Of a DNA stretch of 64,000 nucleotides, positions 58,426 through 64,000 are shown in pieces. The DNA lies in the NCBI GenBank assembly GCA_025061115.1, contig JANZKC010000001.1, positions 192,001 through 256,000 of the forward strand, in the 5' to 3' direction. The position numbers and the translations under genes were made by a program. Numbering within the stretch: position 1 is the first letter of the stretch; every line of letters starts with the position of its first letter. This DNA is from Candidatus Culexmicrobium cathedralense (GTDB taxonomy: Archaea; Thermoproteota; Methanomethylicia; Culexarchaeales; Culexmicrobiaceae). The notes beneath the pieces are model-generated. The model did no database searches. It saw only the letters and a program-made list of their open reading frames with translations, and was not told where the DNA came from.

Positions 58426-59892
58426 TTAAAATTCGATAGGCCTACCCCTCACTGGATTTACAACCTTCAAGTTCAAGTCCCTAACAAAGCTAATCATAAA
58501 ATGCGGAGCTTCACTGTGAACTGGAACTACGCATTTAACTTTAACGTACTCCAAGAAGCGCTTCAAGTCAAGCGGCCTAATGTGACCCGAACTGTGAATG
58601 GGGTAGTAAGTCATGCCCAAAATTCTGATCCAATTCTTGAGCTTCTCAAATTTGATTTCAAGCTCCTCCTCAAATGGCTCAGAAGTGCTCATTACGTAGA
58701 CTCCGCCTTCGAGTGAGCTTCGAAAACCACCTTTACTACACCTGTAAAGCTCCACCAAGTCCTCATAGGAGTAGTAGGAAGTTACCAAAATGTAGTTCCC
58801 AGGATTTTTCAAAACATCTTCGGCCTCCACAGCCCCACCGTAAAGCGAGCCAAGCGCGTATTCCCGCTCGCTCAACCTAACATCGAAAGGCAACCCAATG
58901 GCCCCTGAAAGAAAAGACTTCTTCCACTTCATCATCCTTTTCCTCTTTGGATAATAAATAAGCAGATCTTTCAAGTTAGGATAACTTTCAATCCTCATTT
59001 TTGCTAGCCTAGCAAGTACTGCCGCCAACTTGACGTTCAAAACCAGCTTCCTACCACAAGCTTCAGCCACCTTGAAGAAGGTGTGCAGCCGATCAATATC
59101 AAGTGGAGAAAGATTAACAACTACGAGCTTCCTTGAGCTTGAAACCAGCGCTTTAGCCTCCCTCTCAACGTCAGCCTCAGTTAAAAAGTTTATATTTGAA
59201 AACTGAGTGCCCTCGCAAATTAGAATGTCAGCTTCAAAGTCCCTGAGCCGCTCAGCAAACCTAGATGTCAAGTGCCCTGCAGGACCATGCCACCTGAAAT
59301 CCCCAGTATAGGCTAAGCGCTTATCACCTAAATCAATGAGAAAGGCATAGCTCCCCGGAACGCTATGATCAACCGAGAAAGCAGTAATTTCTGAAGTTAA
59401 ATTGCTGATCCTGGTCTTAGACCTGAAAACATTAACGTTTCCATTTGACAAGCTAAAGCCAAAGCTTAGATCTTCAATACTCCCCTTAACGCTGTAATCA
59501 AGCCTAGCTTTGACAATCTCCCAGGCAGCCTCTCCGAAGAAAAGCCTTATCCTCCTATTAAGCAGAAATGCGTGGCCGACATGATCGCTGTGTGCATGTG
59601 AGAATATGCAGGCTGAAATGCCTGTCTCAAGTTCCCTATCAACATCTCCATCCTCCTTACTGAAGCTAGTGTAAATGTTCTCGAGAGGACCCTTAGGTGG
59701 AGGAGTCAATCCAAGCATTATTAGCTCATCAATAGTCTTCGGAAGTGAGAAGGGGTATTCGTAGTATTTCAGCCAGCTACTATGCTGCTTGCCGAAGTCG
59801 AGAAGAAATCGCTCATCATTCGACTCAACTAGAATTTTCGTCCCACCAACCTCTCTGACTCCGCCATAAATTGTGATGTAGCACCCACCCAT
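58426..59892 (-). CDS. MBL-fold beta-CASP nuclease (RNase J-like)
   Basis: GGVREVGG, SHAHSDH, VDHSVPG, YTGDFR, HSSGH, PVHSE. Confidence 0.88.
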   Translation of the reverse strand: MGGCYITIYGGVREVGGTKILVESNDERFLLDFGKQHSSWLKYYEYPFSLPKTIDELIMLGLTPPPKGPLENIYTSFSKEDGDVDRELETGISACIFSHAHSDHVGHAFLLNRRIRLFFGEAAWEIVKARLDYSVKGSIEDLSFGFSLSNGNVNVFRSKTRISNLTSEITAFSVDHSVPGSYAFLIDLGDKRLAYTGDFRWHGPAGHLTSRFAERLRDFEADILICEGTQFSNINFLTEADVEREAKALVSSSRKLVVVNLSPLDIDRLHTFFKVAEACGRKLVLNVKLAAVLARLAKMRIESYPNLKDLLIYYPKRKRMMKWKKSFLSGAIGLPFDVRLSEREYALGSLYGGAVEAEDVLKNPGNYILVTSYYSYEDLVELYRCSKGGFRSSLEGGVYVMSTSEPFEEELEIKFEKLKNWIRILGMTYYPIHSSGHIRPLDLKRFLEYVKVKCVVPVHSEAPHFMISFVRDLNLKVVNPVRGRPIEF

Positions 59893-59970
59893 AATGGCAC
59901 CTAGCTCATTTAACTCTAATCTTCATAACCTATAAATTTGAAACGCAATCGAAAAACATTGGTGTTAAAA

Positions 59971-60624
59971 TTGAAGCTAATCATACTTGGGCCGCCGGGT
60001 GCAGGCAAGGGAACCCAAGCTACAATACTAGCGGAAAAATACGGACTGCCACACATCTCAACAGGTCAAATATTTCGAAAGCACATTGAAATGAAAACCG
60101 AAATTGGACTAGAATCTTTAAAGTACATCTCAGCAGGCGAGCTAGTTCCAGACGAAATAGTAATCAACATGACAATTCAAAAGCTTAAGGAACTGAACTG
60201 TAAGGAGAAAGGGTACATCCTAGACGGATTTCCAAGAACAGTAAAGCAGGCTAAAGCACTAGATCAGCACAACTACCCGCCAGACCTAGCAATTGAAATT
60301 TACGTAAGCGAAGATGAGTGCGTTAAAAGGCTGTCGGGAAGAAGGTACTGCCCAAAATGCGGTGCAACATACAACATGACATACAACCCGCCGAAAAACG
60401 ACGAAATATGCGACGTTTGCGGTACCAAACTAAAGCAGAGAATAGACGATAAAGAGGAGGCAGTTAGGGAGAGATTCAAGGAATATTATATGAAGACAGC
60501 GCCAGTCCTTAAATACTATGAGAAAAGTGGAAAATTGAGGAGAGTTGATGGTCATGGAAGCATAGGTGAAGTCACCAGTCGAATTGAAGAACTCATTGAG
60601 AAGGAGCTCCTTGCAAAACTTTAA
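59971..60624 (+). CDS. adk: Adenylate kinase, bacterial-type with Zn-binding LID
   Basis: GPPGAGKGTQ, GELVPD, LDGFPRT, CPKC...CDVC; TTG start 59971. Confidence 0.95.
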   Translation: MKLIILGPPGAGKGTQATILAEKYGLPHISTGQIFRKHIEMKTEIGLESLKYISAGELVPDEIVINMTIQKLKELNCKEKGYILDGFPRTVKQAKALDQHNYPPDLAIEIYVSEDECVKRLSGRRYCPKCGATYNMTYNPPKNDEICDVCGTKLKQRIDDKEEAVRERFKEYYMKTAPVLKYYEKSGKLRRVDGHGSIGEVTSRIEELIEKELLAKL

Positions 60625-61864
60625 GGGCAGACTCAACGTCAGCGCTGATCCTCATAGGCTCGCCCACAACGTCAAGAGTAGTTTTAGTATCCTTAAGTCC
60701 AATACCTGAAATCACACATACGATAACTTCGCTCGCATCTATATAACCTTCATTCAGCAACTTCTTAACGAAAGCTATTGGAGCAGCACCGGCAGGTTCA
60801 GCATATATCCCCTCAAACTTAGCTAGAAGCCTGTAAGCCTCTAGGATTTCATCATCACTTACAGCCTCAATTGTTCCTCCGCTTTCTATCACAGCCCTTC
60901 TAAGCAAAGGCCATCCAGCAGGATTTCCAACTGCAATTGCACTTGCAACCGTTTTGGGCCTAACTACAGGCTCAATTTCTTCAAGCCCAGCCTTGAAAGC
61001 CCTAGCCATTGGAGCACAACCTTCAGCTTGTACACAGCCAATCTTAACCTTATCATTAATCCACCCAATCTTTAGGAGCTCGGTAAAACCTTTATGCGCA
61101 CCTATAGCGGCAGTTCCAACGCCAACCGCTTGAACATACCAATCCGGCGCATTCCAGTTCAGTTGCTCGCAAATTTCATATGCAAGAGTTTTCTTGCCCT
61201 CCTGCCTAATTGGATTAATAACTCCACCATTATACATCCACCCCATCTTCTTAGAAACTTCCCCAGCAATTCTACCGGCATCATCGAAAGTTCCATTCAC
61301 AACGATAACTTTAGACCCATAAATCATCATTGAAGCAATCTTCTCTAAACTAGCAGTTTTAGGCACAAACACCACACTAGCAAGGCCTGCAGCTGCAGCA
61401 TAAGCCGCCTGAGCAACCCCAGCATTTCCAGTTGAAAATCCAACCATAGTTGAAATTTTTAGTTCAAGAGCTCTACTTGCAGCGGCTGATGCTCCCCTAT
61501 CCTTAAATGATCCCGTCGGGTTCAAGTAGTCGAGCTTCAAGTAAAGGTTCTTCAATCCTAATTCGCGGCCAAGCCTCCTGCTCCTGATAAGGGGAGTGCC
61601 TCCCTCACCTAAACTTACTATTTTGGAGAAATCCTCGATTGGAATGAACTCCCGGTATCTCCACATGTTGAAGTCTCTAAGCTGAAGCTTACCTTTATTA
61701 ACCGTGGAAGCTATGGCATCATAGTTAAGCTGAAATTCAACCACCGAGCCGCACTTGCTACAGAAGTTAACTAGCTCAGAAGGGGAATACTCAGCTCCAC
61801 ACTTAATGCACCTTTGACATATAACTCGGCTCAAGCTACCACCCCAACAATCAAACTTCAACAC
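60593..61864 (-). CDS. thrC: Threonine synthase
   Basis: N-terminal CxxC/CxxC, LGEGGTPL, NPTGSFKDRG, STGNAG, EGKKT, EPAGA, GIGLK. Confidence 0.9.
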   Translation of the reverse strand: MLKFDCWGGSLSRVICQRCIKCGAEYSPSELVNFCSKCGSVVEFQLNYDAIASTVNKGKLQLRDFNMWRYREFIPIEDFSKIVSLGEGGTPLIRSRRLGRELGLKNLYLKLDYLNPTGSFKDRGASAAASRALELKISTMVGFSTGNAGVAQAAYAAAAGLASVVFVPKTASLEKIASMMIYGSKVIVVNGTFDDAGRIAGEVSKKMGWMYNGGVINPIRQEGKKTLAYEICEQLNWNAPDWYVQAVGVGTAAIGAHKGFTELLKIGWINDKVKIGCVQAEGCAPMARAFKAGLEEIEPVVRPKTVASAIAVGNPAGWPLLRRAVIESGGTIEAVSDDEILEAYRLLAKFEGIYAEPAGAAPIAFVKKLLNEGYIDASEVIVCVISGIGLKDTKTTLDVVGEPMRISADVESALKVLQGAPSQ

Positions 61865-62270
61865 CCTCTAGTATGCGCAAAGCATCCTTAAGGATTTCCT
61901 CGTGATCGAAAGCCATGTTCATTGGAATCTCCCTAAATAGTTTAACCTCTGCAACTTCATCGCAAACGCGCAGTTCCCCGCCTACAGGCTTAGCTAGAAA
62001 AGCTATTGAAACAACATGTCCTCTAGGGTCGCGCTCTGGCTTGGAGTAAACTCCAATTAGCCTTACAAGCTCAACTTTAAGGCCAGTCTCCTCCTCAGCC
62101 TCCCTCACAGCAGCCTCCTCAACTGCTTCACCATACTCTACAAATCCCCCTGGAATAGCCCAGCAACCTGCAAATGGCGGATTCCTCCTCCGAATTAGGA
62201 CGAAAGATCTGTCGGGAAAAACTATCACTACGTCGACAGCAAGCATGGGAGACCTTCTCAACAATCTCAC
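61851..62270 (-). CDS. Nudix hydrolase (ADP-ribose pyrophosphatase-like)
   Basis: PGGFVEYGE..EEAAVREAEEETGL, RDPRGH, AFDH. Confidence 0.93.
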   Translation of the reverse strand: MRLLRRSPMLAVDVVIVFPDRSFVLIRRRNPPFAGCWAIPGGFVEYGEAVEEAAVREAEEETGLKVELVRLIGVYSKPERDPRGHVVSIAFLAKPVGGELRVCDEVAEVKLFREIPMNMAFDHEEILKDALRILEGVEV

Positions 62271-62373
62271 CGAGAAAAAGTGAGGAGAACAATTATTAAT
62301 GCTAAGCGCAACTACTCAAGATATCGAAAGGCTAAAAGGCACACTTAAAGTTACTTTACTTCTAGGTGAAAAA

Positions 62374-63666
62374 ATGTTCATGCCAGGTGAAAAATCTAGG
62401 AAGCTATATGAGCGGGCAAAAAAAGTCTTTCCAGCTGGAGTAAGCTATGCAATAAGGTTCTTTGAACCCCACCCGTTCTACGTAGCTAAAACCAAAGGCT
62501 GTAGAGTTTATGACGTGGATGGAAATGAGTTCGTTGATTACTGGATGGGTCATGGAGCGCTAATATTAGGTCACAATCACCCACTAATGGTTAAAGCAGT
62601 TAAAGAGGCAGCTGAAATAGGAACTCACTTCGGCTTAGCTCATGAATATGAAGTGAAATATGCTGAACAAGTAGTTAAAATGATTCCAAGCGCAGAAATG
62701 GTTAGATTCACAAACAGCGGAACTGAGGCAAACATGTATGCAGTTCGCCTAGCAAGAGCATACACCAAGAGAACTAAAATTGGCAAGTTTGAAGGCGGAT
62801 GGCATGGCGGATACGACGCGCTGCACCTAGCTGTAAGCTATCCATTCGACAAGCCCGAGTCAGCAGGCCTAACTGAAGGAGCAACTAAGGACACGGTGAT
62901 CCTTCCATTCAACGACTTGGATGGAGTTAGAAAGAAGTTCAAGGAACACGAACTGGCATGCGTTGTAATTGAGCCAGTTATAGGAGCTGGAGGATGCATT
63001 CCGGCAGAAAAGGAGTTTCTCAAAGGGCTGAGAGAACTATGCGATGAAACTGGAACGCTCCTAATATTCGACGAAGTAATAACTGGATTTAGGCTGGCTC
63101 CAGGAGGCGGCCAGCAGTTTTACGGAGTATATCCAGACATAACTGTTTTAGGTAAAATACTTGGCGGCGGCGGCCTACCAGTAGGCGCAGTATGCTCTCG
63201 AAGGGAGATAATGGAGTTAATGGACCACACAAAGCACCCCGATAAAAGTGAAAGAGTCTTTCACGGCGGCACATACACTGCAAATCCACTCGTTAGCTAC
63301 GTTGGCTACACAATACTAAAGGAACTTGAGAAGGGATATGTCTACAGCCACATAAACAAGCTTGGAGAAAAGCTAATGAGGCAGCTTGAAGACGTATTTC
63401 AAAAATACAACTTCAAAGCCCACGTAACTGGGGTAGGATCAATAATTGGAATACACTTTACTGAGGAAAAGCCAACCGACGCTAGAAAGGCAAATGAAAC
63501 CAAGGACGTTGAATTAACAAAGAATTATCATGCACATCTCCTTAAAAACAAGATAATAGTAGTAAAGCCTACGCTGCCACACCTATTCCTAAGCTACGCC
63601 CACACCGACAACGAAATAGATGACTTCATAAGAACTACCGAGGAATTCGTCAAGAACATAAGGTAA
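62374..63666 (+). CDS. hemL: Glutamate-1-semialdehyde aminotransferase-like class III aminotransferase
   Basis: DVDGNEFVDY, RFTNSGTEA, KFEGGWHG, IFDEVITGFR, GKILGGG; ATG 62374 after AGGTGA. Confidence 0.75.
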   Translation: MFMPGEKSRKLYERAKKVFPAGVSYAIRFFEPHPFYVAKTKGCRVYDVDGNEFVDYWMGHGALILGHNHPLMVKAVKEAAEIGTHFGLAHEYEVKYAEQVVKMIPSAEMVRFTNSGTEANMYAVRLARAYTKRTKIGKFEGGWHGGYDALHLAVSYPFDKPESAGLTEGATKDTVILPFNDLDGVRKKFKEHELACVVIEPVIGAGGCIPAEKEFLKGLRELCDETGTLLIFDEVITGFRLAPGGGQQFYGVYPDITVLGKILGGGGLPVGAVCSRREIMELMDHTKHPDKSERVFHGGTYTANPLVSYVGYTILKELEKGYVYSHINKLGEKLMRQLEDVFQKYNFKAHVTGVGSIIGIHFTEEKPTDARKANETKDVELTKNYHAHLLKNKIIVVKPTLPHLFLSYAHTDNEIDDFIRTTEEFVKNIR

Positions 63667-63672
63667 AGCAGA

Positions 63673-63864
63673 CTAAGAAGCGGTAACACTAACTGATTGA
63701 AAAGTGATTTCGGAAAGAGGTTTCCTACAAAGGGGGCAGACGCCCCTTAACTTTCTATAACAAATATCGCAAATGTATATTCCACATTTATCACACATAT
63801 ACGCCTCATCATCCCTATAAACTTTCTTACCGCATCTCAAGCACCTACCAACAACGAACGCCAT
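63673..63864 (-). CDS. Small multi-CxxC zinc-finger protein
   Basis: Four CxxC pairs in 63 aa; GGAGG RBS. Confidence 0.7.
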   Translation of the reverse strand: MAFVVGRCLRCGKKVYRDDEAYMCDKCGIYICDICYRKLRGVCPLCRKPLSEITFQSVSVTAS

Positions 63865-63956
63865 AAATGCTGTACCTCCATGCCGGCATATAATGGCATG
63901 AAACTAAAGATTTAAAGTTTTTGAACTACTCAACAAGATATAGCGGTGAGAAGTAA

Positions 63957-64000
63957 TTGAACTTGATAAGAAGCCACTCAGGATTTAGAGGAATATATGG
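63957..64000 (+). CDS. 5' fragment of a probable phosphoglucomutase/phosphomannomutase-family gene
   Basis: GGTGA RBS, TTG start, MNLIRSHSGFRGIY resembles the SGxRG N-terminal motif; truncated by window end. Confidence 0.45.
   Translation, partial: MNLIRSHSGFRGIY

Overview
Gene-dense, AT-leaning archaeal chromosomal window. It is most likely a thermophilic TACK/Thermoproteota-type archaeon, judged from Cdc48, FEN-1, PINA, Ogg2, box C/D sRNAs and GGTGA ribosome-binding sites; the exact lineage cannot be fixed from the sequence alone. It holds about 60 protein genes, mostly housekeeping or metabolic: thiamine/ECF salvage genes, Ni-maturation factors, a DtxR-regulated Zn/Mn ABC transporter, MoeA pair, LysA, ThrC, Adk, HemL-like and PiT/DUF47. 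I found no rRNA, tRNA, CRISPR array or transposase. Reading outside the ORF track revealed two box C/D guide sRNAs, a perfect 22-bp operator palindrome, a DtxR-type box, 10-bp-period direct repeats, two genes that appear to start at ACG/CTG, and one apparent 1-nt frameshift. The best candidates for undescribed systems are: (i) a palindrome-controlled operon of three tiny Trp/Tyr/Pro-rich proteins (1248-2172) facing cdc48; (ii) an orphan GlmL/MutL-type actin-fold ATPase paired with a barrel-sandwich/KOW protein, with no B12 mutase nearby (50027-53100); (iii) a repair island of two differently fused DUF72 proteins, Ogg and a divergent FEN-1 (33751-37712). All family calls come from motif recognition, not database searches.
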